Positions 1-15,538 of a stretch of DNA of 64,000 nt are shown piece by piece. Origin of the DNA: Paramecium tetraurelia (lineage: Eukaryota); contig CT868507.1 of NCBI GenBank assembly GCA_000165425.1, forward strand, positions 372,001 through 436,000. Reading direction: 5' to 3'. The notes under the pieces were generated by a model. It ran no database searches. It saw nothing but the letters and a program-made list of their open reading frames with translations, and was not told where the DNA came from. A program made the translations under genes and the position numbers. How positions within the stretch are numbered: the stretch's first letter is position 1; each line of letters opens with the position of its first letter.

Positions 1-3000
1 TTGATAACAATTCTCTTGATAACATGTACAATGACACGAACTTTCTACTCAAAGCTCTTGCTTATTGGAAACCCTCAGACATAAGCATATTCTCACAAAT
101 CAATACCAAATCTGGCACAACCATAGCACATGATCTGAACAACGCTTTCAAATTCTCAGGCAATTCAGTTCTACCTGCATATCCTGGATTCATAGTAATG
201 AAGAATCCGACTGTGTCCTAAATTGAGATTTCTCCTTCTTCCATAAAGATCAACTTGGGCTTCTTTTCCTTCAATGCATCCAAAATTGTCTTCACTTGAG
301 TACTGATGACAGACAACACTTCTATGGCTATTCTATTGAACTCATCGAAACATCCCCAAGCTCCTGATTGAGACAAACCCATAAAGATCTAAGCCATTGA
401 GTCCTTACCCATCTGATCTGAACAATTAAACACCATGACTGGTAATCCTACTGCTCTACCTAAATCCTTTGTTGTTTCAGTTTTACCAGTACCAGCTGGA
501 CCTGCTGGTGCACCACCCATTGTAAGATTCAATGCTTATGTCAATGTGATGTAACATCTATCTGTCAAGGGAGTAATGACCAATCTCAAGGCATTACCAA
601 CGTATTCATATGAATAGAATCTGAACCAATCGACAATTCTAATAATACACTTTGATTTATCTCTCTCCTTCTCCCATTTGAATCTCAATGCCTATCTTAA
701 ATGCATATCATTGTCCTTGTTGTCCCAATAGAATTTCAATTGTGACAACCAAGCAAAGGACTCCAACTCTTAAGTTTTCTAAATGCAGAACTTCTCAACC
801 ACATCTCTTGAATGCACATCAATTGTAATAATGTTGATGATCTTCATACGCTCCAAGATTTCCAAATTACCTCTGACCTTCTTGATCAAATTATCAATAC
901 GAACTTCAATCAATTTCAAACATTCTTTCATTGCTGTCTCAGCACCACCAGCCAAATCTTCAAAGGCTCTAGTCACATCTTCAGTCCATACAATTTATGT
1001 TGTCAACAATGCAATCTAAGCACAATAGTTCTTAACCCAATCCTCTCTTGGATTGTCACCACTTTCCCAATTCTCTGATGTCTCCTTTGCCTTCTCCAAT
1101 ATTTCCTCCAATGTCTCTCTCATCTTGTATTCCAAAGCTGACAACCAATGTTCAACTGCTCCTACACATTCGAAATTCGATGAAAATGGCACCTTCTCAT
1201 CGTCCTTAGAAATCATACTGTGAGTACTTCTTGGAACATCATTTGGATTCTTGGATGGTTCAAAACTGAGAGTCTTCATACCATCGAAACAATCACCCAA
1301 GAATTCGCAAACCTTGGGAGGATTCTAACCATTTGACAAGATGGTTAATAAGGATTGATTGGACAAGAAATAGAATCTTGGGAATGCCTTCTTCTTCTAT
1401 TCCAAATAATCATTCAAAGCCTTTTCACACTTCTTAATGTTTAAACTCATTGCAACCAATTGATCCTTTCTTTCATTAATGCATGCCTCAATCACCAAGG
1501 GATTGGCTGCCACTTCAGTCATGAGTTCTCTGAATTCTTTGTCAACAGCTTCAAACACTTTAGTGTCTTCTGGCAATTGCATTCTAATATCCTCAGATCC
1601 AATGAAGATATTCACCAAAGTCTTCCAATTCTTCTAAACCTTCAACCATTCACCAACCACGGAGTCAACTCTGCCCAACTTCTCTCTCCAATCTTCCACT
1701 GTGTTGTAAAAGAACTCAACATATTTACCCTATCCTTTCATACCCATCAAATCAAGAGAGTGTTAATCCAACATTTCCATCATGTTGTCCAAGGGCAAAA
1801 AGACCTTAGTCTCCTTGTAATCTTCAAATTCGAAGATCTATTTCAACCAAGCTGTCTCAATCATCTTCAACTTCTTTTCAATCTTTGCTTCCTTCGAGGC
1901 CACTTCCACAACCTCATTGATTTGAGCATCAAATTTATACAATTGCAAAGCAAGAATGTCATCAAACAAGAATGTCATTGCCTTGTGTTCAAATTTGCTC
2001 TTAGTCATATCCTTAACCTAACTCCAATGTCTATCCTCCATAAATTCACTATGCAAGGCTGAGACCAATGGCAACACAACTGACATATTCTTGACCTTAT
2101 CAACAATTGCATTGTATCCCTTGAAGTTCTTGACTTCCTTTGGTAAGTTCTTCAATTGATTTCCCAAGACTTTATTGGATTCCAACAACACATCAGCCTT
2201 GATCTATCTGAATGGCTTGGATTTCCAATCGTTGTATTGATAATTCACCATTGAAATGGCATCCCACATTATCTTCAATGACTTCAAGTCAACATTGGTT
2301 TCTCTCAATTGCTTGTAACCACTCTTCTCCAATTCAAACAATTTCTCCAATTGATTATAATCAGCAGCTTCCTTCTCCATCTACAACAACTTCTTGTAGT
2401 ACTCGTCAATGGTGACATAGGAATACAATATTTGATCCATCTTCATGTCATCATGATAACTATAGGGTAGATTATTGAGAGTATCATTTCTGAAGTCTGA
2501 AACCTTCTTTTAGAATTCATCCAATTTCTTCTTGATATTGATGGTTTCCTGAGTTTACAATGGCAAGATTTCAGCCTTGATCTTGAACACTTTCTAAGTG
2601 GTCTCATTAAATTGAGTAAATGCATTGTCGATGCTCTAAACTGGATCCTCCTCTCCTTTCTCCATAATTTGAACTCCATGCTTCTTCAACTTATTGACCA
2701 TCTCCTTCATCCTAACCACAATTCCTTCGCATTTGTGTTCTACATCCTTGACATCTGAGATCACTCTCATGACCTTCATCAACAAGTCTCTATTTCCAGC
2801 ATTCTCCTCACTTGCTGGGTTCTCTTTGATTCCCTCATTAGTTCTTTGGATGAATCCCTTGAGGTTCTTCAAAGTGGTCTTGAATTACACAACCAAAAAC
2901 TCAGTGTACACTTTTATTTATTGACTGACCTTGTTTTCAAGAGCACTCTTCAATGGTTGTAGATTGATTCTCAACCATGAAATTTCATATGGTGTCAAAA

Positions 3001-6000
3001 TTCTATTGATTTCTTATTGAATGTTCTTCAAGGTTGTGATCTTATCATCAAACAAGTCCAACTTGGGGATCTTTATTCTGCAACCTTGTAACAAGGGATT
3101 TTGGGATTGATCCTCATCTTCAGGAGCGTCTTTGGGCTCATTCTTCTACATGAAGTCTTCGAATGCTTACTTAGGATCTTCCAACCAAAGGTAACTGTAA
3201 GTCATATAAGATTATTTAAAGGATCGAGTTTCCTCTTCGATCTGATCCAAATTAAGGTTGATTGCTTGAACTACTTCTTTGATTTCAAAGTATTCTCTAA
3301 TTTCTGGCAAGTAATCACCAAAAGGATTGGCTGAATCCAATCTTTAGAATTGACCTGCAATGTAGAACATGTCATTGGCCCATCCTCTGATTGTGTTACG
3401 AACACTTTGTCCTTGTGTGGTCTCCTCAATTTCAGGCTCATATTGAATTCCCACATTTCTAAACAATTCCAATTTGATATCAAACAAAGGTGCAATCTCA
3501 TGCTTCTTAATGTATTGTGGATTGATCTACTCATTCATGTGATTCAAGGCAGTTATGATGGCTCTGGCCAAACCATTGATGACTATTGAATTCAAATAAT
3601 ATTGGTAATTTATCCAAGCCTATTGCTTCTTATCAACCTTGACTTGATCAAGGACTTCCTTCACAAGCTTGTTAATTGATGTACCGTTATCCTTGACTAT
3701 GGACAACTTGTTCTAAACAACGGCCTTCAAGAATTGATCATAATCATCTGGAGACATTGGCTTGTTCTTTCTCTCAATAATCTTTGTGTTGAACTTCTCC
3801 AATGCTTACTCTATCTTCTTGAGAGTCTCCTTCATCTTTTACACTATCTAATGCAATTCATCCACAGTTGCCTTAGCTGTTTCAATGAATTTATTGATGT
3901 CATTACTCTTCCACTTGTAATGCTCGATACCTGGTTTCAATACTTCATCCATCTTCTCAATTCTATTCTTGATCAAGGGCTCTTCCATTGGATGCAACTA
4001 AGTTACAATGAAGTTGTGATTCTCAACGATCATCTCCAATTACACAATGTACTCTCTGAAAGTGTCATTCTTTGAGTACAATTCCGAGGCAGACTCAGGA
4101 ACTGGTTACTCGAGCAATGTGAAATACTTCACTTCCCTTAGCAATCTAACTAAAGCTGGATCGAAATTAACTCTCAACAATCCATTCTCATCCTTTGACA
4201 ATAAGGGTTGCTTCTACTTCTCTTCAGACACCTTTCCTACCTCTTATTCCCAACTCAAAATCTTTGTCTGTTCATAATCTTTGATTTGTTTTGTAATTGA
4301 TTGGTATAACTTCAACACATCCTTATATTCTTCCCTCTCTGTAATACCTTGTCCTAATTGTGCCAACTTATCCAGAGGTTCAGTGATTCTGTCTCTGAGT
4401 CCCTTGCACCACATCAATGCTCCTGCAATGGGAGGCATGTTGTTATAAATTGGAGCTCTTTCATGCAATTTATCAACCAATTCATAACCTTCCAAAAATA
4501 TTTGTTGGACTTATTTCAAGTCTTATTTGTACATATCTAATAATACTATGTGTTTTTTCTCCAATTCATCCTAGATTATTGGTCTTGATAACAGACCTTC
4601 AAAACTATCTAGTAATTTGAATCTTCCATGCAATGTATCGTAATCATCAAATCCTTATGTGATTACTGAAGCCAATCTTCTTTCTAATTCCTTTATCTTT
4701 GATCTGAATTCATAAAAACTATCATCAAATTCTTTTTGTGTAATATCCATAATATCATATTTAACTTATTAGAATTGCTCTACAGCCTTTTAAAACTCAA
4801 CAAAAATTTGTTAAACTGATTCTGTCAATGTCTTTCCCTTTGTACCACCAAGATCGATCTTGGCTAATTTGTTGAACTGAACTATTGTATTAGTCAAATG
4901 TAAGATATCATGACATCTCTCCAAAAAGGAATCCAATCTAACAAACAATGCATTTGTTGTCAACTTCCAATTTCCGTCTGCCTTGGCCTTGTATTCAAAG
5001 TAAGCATCCTTGAACTTTGTGCATACATCAATTGTGATTTGCAACTTTTCACATGCCTCGAATGTTTCTTCAGAACTAATCATTTAGAAAATCATAGGTC
5101 CATTTACGAAATCTTGAGCTTTGGTGATGATGGCATTGCATATCTCTCTAATCAAAACCACTAATCTGGGAGGTGTATTGTAGAACTTAGAATTCTTCCA
5201 AATCAAGAGAATTCTGTGCATTATTGGAATGAACAACTCATGTAAGGACTAGAAGTCTCCACCTGTATCTTGTAGTCTTTAGAAGGGATCCTTCAATAAA
5301 TCTAAGAATTTATTATTGTCATTAGCTTCCTCTCTCGCCTTTGTTACTTCCCTTTGTAATTTTGAAAATGGATTTGTGTAGGTCGACTTGTTCACTTCCA
5401 AAAATCTTAAAATCTTAATGACTTCAGATCCTTCCAATTGCTCCTTTATGCTATTGAGATTGGCTGCTTTGTTCTCCCAAAACTTCAATTCCACCAAAGG
5501 TCCTGGATTGTGGCCGTTTTTCAAAGCTTATTCTGGCTCCAACTTCAAGACATTCTTTATTTACTTTGTCCATGTTATTATTGAACTTTCATACACATGA
5601 GCTTTGTCTTTGGCTGGAGTTGTATCTGATTAAGTTAACTTGTGTGATGGGATTGGCTTTTAAAAATATTTAAAAAAAGTACCAATTTGGTTCTTCCTTC
5701 GATCTGTCCTATCATTACGTAAACTTGGGCAACATATGCGTTGAACTTCTCCATCAAGTCCTTTGCTACCAAGTCTGTCCATCCCTATTGATTGCTTGGA
5801 TTCTAGAGAATTGGACTCATTATTTCATAGAAGGTTGAATACAAATGCTCCAAAATCTAAAATAACTTAAGATTGTTACATTTCTTGTCAATTCCAAAAA
5901 CACGATATTTTGAGTGATATTCTATACTGACAGTGGGCTCTCTGATATTTTGAGTGCGATCAGTCCCTTCTTTCTGAACTTATCTGGATGAGGAACATCC

Positions 6001-6244
6001 GAAAATAATGTAACAGACTCCGCACCAGATTGAATGGCAAATACAGCCATCATGTTACTTTCATCCTTCATTAGTCTGTCAAACACCATTCTAATTTATT
6101 AAAACACATGTATTACTTATTATCTTCAGTTTCAAAAGATTTCTTGAATTTGTCTTATTAAAGAGAGTTTCTTATGTTGAATGAGCAAGCAAGACGATAT
6201 ATAAAATAATCTTCCTTGCTTTTTAGAGGCTCTTAGTCACCCAT
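1..6244 (-). CDS. Axonemal outer-arm dynein beta heavy chain, 5' part (tail, linker and AAA1; continues beyond the left edge of the window)
   Basis: ATG at 6244 gives [22 protein letters not shown]. The frame is continuous with TAA/TAG=Gln. AAA1 motifs [28 protein letters not shown] and [19 protein letters not shown] are present. N-terminal [17 protein letters not shown] and [13 protein letters not shown] resemble the ciliate beta HC as I recall it. Tiny introns at 6091-6116, 5857-5879 and 5657-5682. Confidence 0.95.
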
Positions 6245-7251
6245 TCAAATATAGTAAAATTATTTGAAAAATAAATAATATCCTTAATTCATTAGGAAGT
6301 TATGCTTTTAATCAGGCAAACGGGGTTTATAATTAATTATCATATTAAGAAATAAAAATTATCATTAATATTATATTCCTGATCTATCCACCCTTCTAAG
6401 CAAACCCCTTCCGTCTTTTATCTAAATGAGTGCTGAGATTTACAATACTGCCTTCAACTTAATGGAATCACCTATCCCCTAGTCATTAAACAGGATACTG
6501 AATACAAAAAATCATTATCTTATTTTTTATATTATAAATATTATCTTAACTTCTATTTCTCCCTATTATTAAAACTCTGCAAACTGGATATTAAATTAAA
6601 ATAAAATCCAACGCACTTTTTTTGTTATTAAACTTCAATTAAATAGCTTTAGAAATTCTTTTTCCTATAACAGTTTCATTTGAATCCTCTGAATTTGAAA
6701 TTGAATGATTTTAAAATCTTAATATTCAATACATTCGAACCTATTCTCTTATTGCACTATACCACATTCTATAGTCAATTCCAAACTTTCCATTGCCTGA
6801 ATGACATTTCAAACCATCAATCAACATTCATTTGAAAAATTACTTTTATTTTAATTATCTTTGAAACACATTTTCCAATTGTTTTTTAATTATTTTATAT
6901 TATATCAGATATTTCTTTTTCTTCTCAATCTCCTTCCATGATTATCATATCCATAATAAAATTCATATAAAAAAGTACTTATAATATGGTTAGACTAATT
7001 GTCACTAACTCATATTTATAATCAAAAGTTTTCCTGAAAAGTGCAAGAATTAAGAATCATTCTAATGATATTGAAGGTAGTTTGTTAAATTTTCAGAACT
7101 ATCACAAAGAATAAATTGATTATTCTCCATTATTTTAAAATATAAGTAGTAAAAGTTTCTAGCACTTTTGACAATTTTTTATGTTTAAACAGAATACAGT
7201 AACAGAAATAATTTCAATTCGTTTTATAAGCCAAAATATATTTTAAATCGT

Positions 7252-7844
7252 TCAAATATCGTCGATATCTTTCTTGGTTATTTTTTCTTTGTTATCTTTG
7301 GCAGGTGCTTATGCTTTTTATGGTTGTGGCTTTTGTGGCTATTATTTTTATGGTTATTTTGGTTCAGAGTCAGAGCTATCGTCAGAATCGCTATCACTTA
7401 TGTCAGAATCAGAACTTGAAGATTCTTCCTTATTAACAAAAACAACATTATCTCCAATATTATCACCTCCTCCCTCTTCTAAGTTCTTAATTATATTAAA
7501 AACTATAATACTTCTGGGATTTCTTTAAGATTTTTCAGTTATTTGATTTCTTCAGGGAAATATTTATACACAACATCACACTTTTCATCTTAAAATTCTC
7601 TCAATGCAACAAGCACAATATCACCATTTTAAATCCAAACCTTACGTCTCATTTTTCCTCTGATGTGTCCAAGTCTTTATTTACTGTCACCCAAACATAC
7701 ACAGATCAATCTTCCATTACCCAACAGTTTTATAACTTAAGCATAATCCTGTCCATCTTCTTTTGTCTCCAATTATCTCTTGGTTAAATTTTCATTTTTT
7801 CCTCTTCTATAGTTCTTACCACCTCTTCCCTTATTTTTGGGCAT
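7252..7844 (-). CDS. EIF1A: Translation initiation factor eIF1A
   Basis: [45 protein letters not shown]...GHIRGKMRRKVWI, followed by an acidic tail ending DIDDI-TGA. One 26-nt intron at 7486-7511. Confidence 0.96.
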
Positions 7845-8246
7845 TATTTAAAATTTAATCTTTAATAAAATTTTTTTATTTTTTTCTACTCATTAAAGTT
7901 GATATATAAGTACAATTTGCTTAATATCATTTAAAGTTGATAATAGGGATAAGATTAATATATAGATCCATTTAGATTTAAAAATATCGCTTGTTAAATT
8001 AAATTTAAATACGATATATTGTTATCGATAGAGCTTAATAAATTCCTATTTATTGGGCATCTAATTTGTAACTGTAATTAATTCTATGACTGAAATAAGC
8101 CTTGAAAACCTCAATTCTCAGATTTATAATTACGTATAGTGTAATTGAATTTAAATAGAATTACTTATCAACAACAATTTCATATAAAATTAGTAAATAT
8201 ATTAAGAACATAAGTTAAATTTAATCTTTTAAGTTATTATTATTAA

Positions 8247-11200
8247 TCATATATTAAATTTAAATTTAGGAAGATAATTACTTAAAGGTGACTGAGGTGC
8301 GTCCTAGTAAGGTAGATCAGAGTAAGAAGAAATATCTAAATATTAGATGATTTAATACTTAATTAATCTATATTTGAATTTTATTTGCTTAATAAAATTT
8401 CTTATTCTTCCTCCTCGATCTAATCTATTTCTTGAATTTTATTTTAGATTTTAATTTCTCTGCGTTATTCTAATTCTTTTGAGAACTAGCTTTGTTATTA
8501 CTATTTTGTTCTTAATTCGAATTCAATGTTCTACAGGTTCTATTCTATTTAAATGTTTTGCGGTTTGACAAATTAATGTTTATTTTAGTAGAACCTCTTT
8601 ATCGCCAATGCTTAATTAAACCCATTTTATTTTACTACAGCAGGTCTGACAGTTAGAATCTTAAAAAGGGATACAATTATCGAGATTATGCATTTTATAA
8701 AGAGAAAGGCCATCCATATTCGCAATGTTGGCCATTTTGGATCGATAAAAGTTGTCAAATCAACTATATGATTACTTCTGGAGAAACTCCAAATAAATAT
8801 GAATAATATTAACTCCATTAAAAATACCCTATATGTTTCGATAATAATTTCATAATTAACTTTGATTGTTTTTGTTAATTGATACCCTTAAACTGGGCAT
8901 AAAGTGACTAAAACATCACTTGAAACGAAATAATTTTAATAATAGAGATTTCTTTACAGTAAGGATAAATATTTGGCTTAATCGTCACTTGGTGTGGCAG
9001 ATATAAATTTGATTAAATTTATTAAGGTTATAATAAATGAGTCAGCAAATCTTGCAAATATTACAATGCTAAATAGAATCTGATATTTAGAAATCTTTTC
9101 ATCTATAATATCATCGCTCAGACTCATTAAAGAAGCCAAAAACATTCTTTCAGCCAAAGTGCTTGATTTACTAAAAATGGAGTAAATCATTAAAAAGATT
9201 TCCCTCTTATGTGGAAATCTAGCTCTTAAATGTTCCAACATTTTTGGATGTATAATTTGCAATGCAGGTTAGATTTTTCTTCTCAAAGCCACAGTTAAGA
9301 TTAATTGTAATATTTCAATAATCACTATTGTCCCCACTATTATAAAGGTGTAAGTTAAATCTGTGTAAATAGCACTTGTAATTTGTCTATTCTACTCTCC
9401 TTTGAAGATTGAGCTTTGGTTCTTATCTTTAACTTATATAAATAATTTGAAAAATTATGAAATATTTACCACAACAAATCCAAACCAAAATAGAAAAACT
9501 AATATCTTAATATTGATGTTATTCCTTCTAAATTTACCAATAAACAGAGTGCTTACTATAAAAATCTAAGGTTCAATCAAGTCTAAGTACTTCATCAGTT
9601 TATTAACCATATGAATTAGCCATGATCCTAACATACCTCCAAATAGTTTTTATGTTTGTTTTTCGGAATTGTTTTGTTATTACAAAGGATGCTATTTTTT
9701 CAAATTTTATTTCGTCTAACGCAAAAGATAATTCCTCACTCGCAATGTTAAATAACGCAGTAACCCATCATCAAATAATTTTCTAGTTTCTTAAGTATCG
9801 CTAATGTGTAATGCTCTTAATTAATGCTTTTCATAGCTGTAATCAAATAAATGGAAAAATAAATATACCTTTCCATACATAGTAATGCATGGATTATCTG
9901 AAACATCAATAAACTCTATGAACCCCAAAAGTGGATAATATTTACCAAAGGATTCGCAAAATTTATCTGTTAGATTTGATTTTGATAATTAAATTTCTTT
10001 TAAAAAGGAAGGCAACGATGATTAATCTAAACGATACTTTTAGCAAATTCTAGTATATTATTCTAAAATATTATCTGCATCCTCATCATCTAAGTTAGAC
10101 CAAATATTATCAATAAATAAGTTCTTTTAAAATGATAGAATTTATGCTAATATTTTTAAACCTTATTTCTAAAAGTTATTATCTCTTAACAACAAGAACT
10201 CAATCGAACATTTTTGATTCTTTAATGAATCTAATTTCATTGCAAACTCATCTCCTATATTATTACTGCTAATATTTATTGTTTTAATTGTTTATGTAGC
10301 AAATATTCCCTCAAGGATTTAAATCATTCCTTTACTTGTAAGTAAATTTTATTAAAGATATAGCTCTTATAGTTAAGTTGATTAAATTATAGTTTATTGT
10401 AATAATTCTCCAACGGAATCATCTAATTGATTACTACTCAAGGATAGACTTATGATATGAGAAAATAAGAACTATTCCTTATGAATTTAATGAACTTTTA
10501 CTAGATTTTAAAAAAAACTTATTTGTAACTTACAATTTGATAAGTTTAGTTGTTTTATGATTGCAACTAACTTTGATCTATTTTTAAATATTTGAGGAGT
10601 AAAAAATCGAATTAATTCTTTCTCTCCTAAGGGATTATCAGATAAGTTGAGTTCTTCAAATGATATAGTGTTATATTGTGAGACAGCTGCGAATTTGCTG
10701 CTACATAAATTATCTACTATATTATTATTAGCTATTGATATTCTTCTTATTGTAGAGTTCTTAGAAATAGCTAAGCCTAATGGATCTAAATTATATTTTC
10801 CTAAATTGCATTTATTCAGAAATAAATGTTAAATAGTTCTATTGCCTCCAATTCCAATACATAATTCATCGAGCCATTCTTATCGTAATACATTTTCACT
10901 AATATCTAGTGTGATCAACTAGTATAATGAAATTGGTTACACTGCAATTATTTGGGCTCAAAATCCAATCTTTGAAATTACAGAAGGTTTCTCCTGAAAA
11001 TGTAACTTAATTAAGCTTTAATATTTTCAAGCTTGGCAATGCATTTAATATTGCTACAGTTTTATTAAGATCCACATAAACTAATGGGTTGTATGTCATA
11101 CTTAGCATTTATAATTTTTTACATTTTAGCAATTAATTTCCAAATTTTTCATAATCATTTAATCTGAAACTGCAACGATTGAGAGAGATCCCTAAAATAT

Positions 11201-13574
11201 TTCTTGTTTGTTTTTTAGTTATATTTATAAGATTTCTAAAGTTCGGTTTATCAAAATGCATCTAAGATAATTATAAAAGTTCCATCTTTTCAGTCTAACA
11301 CAAATTGAAAAATGTTTTAAGTCTCTTAATTCCAGGATTATCTGAGATATTTAAAAACTATAGGTTTTCATTAGAAATTATGGAACTCAAGATTAACAAA
11401 TCATCCGCACTCATTTTTTGATTAGAAACGCTAAAAAGATTAAATAAATTAATACTTTAAACTTTTTATGCACTTATTCTCCTGCAATACTCTAGAGATA
11501 GATATCAAACCTGTAAAACCAATATTGTTGTGGGATAGATTTAGGTACTACAAATTTCTATAGGATGATAAAACAATTTCAATATAATTAGTATGTCTGG
11601 ATTCAATCCCATTCTAACTCATATCTAAACTTTCTAGTTTATAGTTTGTTATGATTTCTTCTACTTAAAAAGCCTTTGCTAATTTGAACAAATAGTTTTT
11701 GCTCATATTTAGTTTCTTAAGACTGCTATTCAGAATAGAGTTCCTCAATTTCTTCACACTTTCTAGATTTAAACTTCCAATATTTAAATCCCTTAAATTT
11801 AAATCATGAACAACAGTGGATTTTTTCAAAAATGTACACAGCAAATCAAGATCATACTCTGTTATAGGTTTACAAGAAGACAAATCCAGAATTTCTATTT
11901 TATTAAAATATGTTGCTAACGAACTAATAACAGGTGTAAATATATTCTCATTTTTTGAAAAATCTAACTCTCTTAAATTAAAAGATATTAATTAAAATTA
12001 GTTTTAAGCAGATTTAGTAATCTTCTCCTCTTCATGAAATAAAGTCGGATTAACGTTAATGTCCCATGCTTCATTTTATTATTTTTATTAAAAGGAACAT
12101 CGAAGACATCTTAGACATCCACTTTTTATGAATTTTAATAAAAAAAAGATTAAGGCATATCTTATAAAATTATAAGATACATCCAAATGTTCAAAGTAAA
12201 CCTATTCGTGGTTGATCATATAAGTAATAATAGCCTCCCCGTCTAAATTATTATTGGCTACAATAAATTTCTTAAGCATTTTGTTATCCCTAAGACCAAA
12301 TATCAGGGAATTGAATCCTTCACTTTTTATTTGATTGTTTGAAAGATTGAGTTCTATCCAAAGCGGATTCTACCTTAGTATACTTGACAATTGAAAGGCA
12401 CCTTGATTTGTTATATTGTTATTTGTTAAATTAATAACTAAAGTGTTCAAAAAGAACTGTTGAGGAAAACAAGAAATTAGATTAGAACTTAAATTTACTT
12501 CATACATCTTTCTTGATAACAAATTTTAACAACTAAATTCCTCTAATTAATTTTACGATAAATCCAATTTTTATAAGTTATTTATTTTCCTTAAAAATAG
12601 CTCAAGATGTTAAACGCCCTTTTAATTGATAAAGTTTCTTCTTATGTTCAGTTCCTTCAAATTAATTTTCCTAATATTCCAACCGACTACTTGTGCCAAA
12701 ACTTCAACACCTTGATTTCTTATATTAGTATCTCCAATGTTCAAATACTCTAAGACCTTTTTACCTTTATAATGCTAAAGAGCCATGCCTAAAGTGGTTA
12801 ACACATCAGTAGTGAACTACATCATTGAAATATCTATTGCATTTATTGATCGAGAATATCTAAAATAGAATTGATATTTACTTAAGATTCCTCAATAAGT
12901 AACTCATAGCAGTGCTAGATATATTACAATGAGTTAATTTTAATTTCTTAAGGTTATTCTTTCCTTTAAAAACAAATTGATTAATATCATTCATAAGGTC
13001 AATATTAAAGCCTTGGTTATTAAACAAATTGATTGATTATAAAGTTTAGTGATTTGCAATCGATGAAAATATATATTATAAACTAAAGCTATTAAGCTTG
13101 CATCCTGAAAGGTTGATTTCATTTAAAGAAGAATTTTTTTGGAGTCCTTATCCTAACTCTATAGCCAACAGGGGATCAATTTCCATACCTGATAGGTCAA
13201 GCGATCTATTGGATTAGAAATTAAAGTAACCTTAAGCTTCTAGCATTTTAAATTGCGGAATTTAGAAAAGAGAAACATTACTGAATTGAAACTGGTGTCT
13301 CGCCTGAAAAACCTTCCAAAGTTTTTCTCTTTTTCAAATTAGCAATACTTTCTCTCAAATTCCTAAATTATCAAACATCTTACGCATTTTGTTATTAATG
13401 AATCATTAATCTCATTTACTTTGCAAATCTAGTTGTATGAGTATCTATTTCTGCTTTTTCGTTCTTCTCTTCTTTCTCTTGCCCATCCTAACTTTGCTTT
13501 TCTTAATGAAATATAGTTTTTTTTTGTGTAGAATTCTTAGAAGGTGAAGACTTGGATAATTATTAAAATTACAT
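8247..13574 (-). CDS. Large leucine-rich-repeat (RI-like) protein with C-terminal multi-pass membrane region
   Basis: Many LxxLxLSxN-type repeats (SLDLSGMEI, EINLSGCKL, KKLNMSKNYL, ELNLSNNQIK). Hydrophobic helices lie at about 9650-8650. Several 21-25-nt introns. The ends are inferred from the first ATG and the first in-frame TGA. Confidence 0.75.
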
Positions 13575-13953
13575 TTATGATAATAATGATTATGATATAT
13601 TTAACTTAATAAATTGTTTTTATTCAAAGACATTAATGATAATAGGATGTTATAAATTTTAAAGCAAGAACAAATAGTATCAATTAAAACGAAGTAAAAT
13701 CTTATATATCAATATATATTCTTTTTGAATCAATTAAAAAAAAAGAATCAGCACAACTTATCCCATCATATTTTTAAAAACTAGTTTTGATGGATTAAGC
13801 TTTGAATAGAATGTGTAAATCAATCTACAGACTGTATTAATTTTTTCTTTATCTCTAAATTCAATTATTAAAAACTTTAATCTACCTTATTGTGTACTTA
13901 ATTTTTGTTTCCTTTATTTAACTAATTAAATTCATTAATTATTTAATATATAT

Positions 13954-15538
13954 ATGCAAAATATTATGCTTAATTAATAGAAATAGGAGATTAATCTGCC
14001 TAATTAATAGAAGTAGATTATATTCAATCTTTAAGTCTAACCTTCCCAATTGTTGTAGGAGAATCGATTTTTAGAATCATAATTTAGATTGTATTTTTAA
14101 AAAGATAAATTATGGTTGACTAGTCAAAATTTGGAAAATTAAACCATACAAGCATTCATAATAAATTTTCAAAAGATCCTTAATGAAATCTCGAAAAGAT
14201 AGCAGCTTTCATAGACAATAAAACTTTATGAAATGGGAATTAATGCCAATTAAATTTTCAATATAGAAATGCTCCTAAATACAAAGTCAACTTAATTAGA
14301 AGATGTTGCAAAATTGTTATAAATTAAATTGATCTTCATCATAACTTCATTAAATAAGTAGTGGGAATTTGGTGTGATCAACAAACAAATTTTAAAAACA
14401 GTCATCTAAATGAATAGTAGTCCTCCAAATTTCTCTTTTATTGTTGGGTTTGGATTATTTAAATAATAATAATAAATTGCGCCGATTGTAACTACGAACT
14501 TCCATAAACTCTTTACTCCTAATCATCCAAACCCATTATTATTTCAGGAGTAAAGAGTCTACACACCTCAGAATAATGTTTAAAACAAACCATCTTTCCA
14601 AATTTTATCTAATTAAAGTTCCCCTGCTGGTTTTCCCGATTGCAAAGACAAAAATTAATAAGAGGAGGAGGATTCTGTTCTAACCACAAGTTAGATATCA
14701 GAATATCACAAAGAGAAGGAAAAACCGGTTTAAAAAATTAATATGCCTAATTCCTACTCTATTAAAATTACTTCAACATAGTGTGAGATCTGTTCTGAAA
14801 TTTATTAGAAGACTTGTGAAAATTAAATAATTTTACCATGTTGCCAAAAAATTGTTCATAGAGAGTGTGTTTAAAAAGATCTAACTTAATCTGTGGACCT
14901 TTTTGATAATAAAAAATGTTACTTTTGCTCAAAACAATTTGCAATGAGTTTTTTCAAAGAAATACTTGGTTTAAGTAAATTTCAAGAATAAGTTAAAAAG
15001 TAAATTATTGAGAAATGCGTTGATACATGCTTTTAATGCAATGCTAAATTCCCTGTATTGCCTAAATAATAAGAAAAGATTTTTGCAATTATTTGCTAAC
15101 AGTGTCAAATTGAAATTTGTTCTAGATGCAGGAAAAAATTTCATGGAATATCATCAGATGTAATATTGTATTTATTATTATAAGTGTAAAAATATAAGAC
15201 AAGAACTTTTTAGAGTATTTTAAGGTTAACCACTTATAGTTTGTGAGTTTTGTGATTTAATACAAACCAAAGATGAGAAATGCGATCATGTGACCTGTTA
15301 TTAATGTAAAATGGATCTTTGTTCTGTCTGTTCAGTGGACAGAAGACCGATTGTATCACATGGAAATCATTTTCATCGAAAAGGATGCCCCCATTATGCT
15401 ATTGAAAAAGGAAAAGAAGAAATGACTTAGGAAAGACTTAGGAATTGTGAATTATGTAAAAGTAATATTAACGGTGCTTGTTCTATTCCAATTGATCTTT
15501 AGACTTATAAAAAACTAAAGGGTTATGATTTTTCATGA
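13954..15538 (+). CDS. RBR (RING-IBR-RING2)-type E3 ubiquitin ligase-like protein
   Basis: RING1 CEIC..PCCQKIVHREC..CYFC, IBR-like CFQC..CQQCQIEICSRCRKKFH, and RING2 CEFC..KDEKCDHVTCYQCKMDLCSVC. Confidence 0.8.

Noticed and set aside
24..5600. Plus-strand ORFs in the supplied track (e.g. 1460-2062, 200 aa)
   Set aside because: Antisense shadows of the dynein beta heavy chain.
6362..7130. Coding-like minus-strand sequence between dynein and eIF1A
   Set aside because: I could not build a consistent ORF and intron model. It may be a gene remnant, but no family is recognisable.
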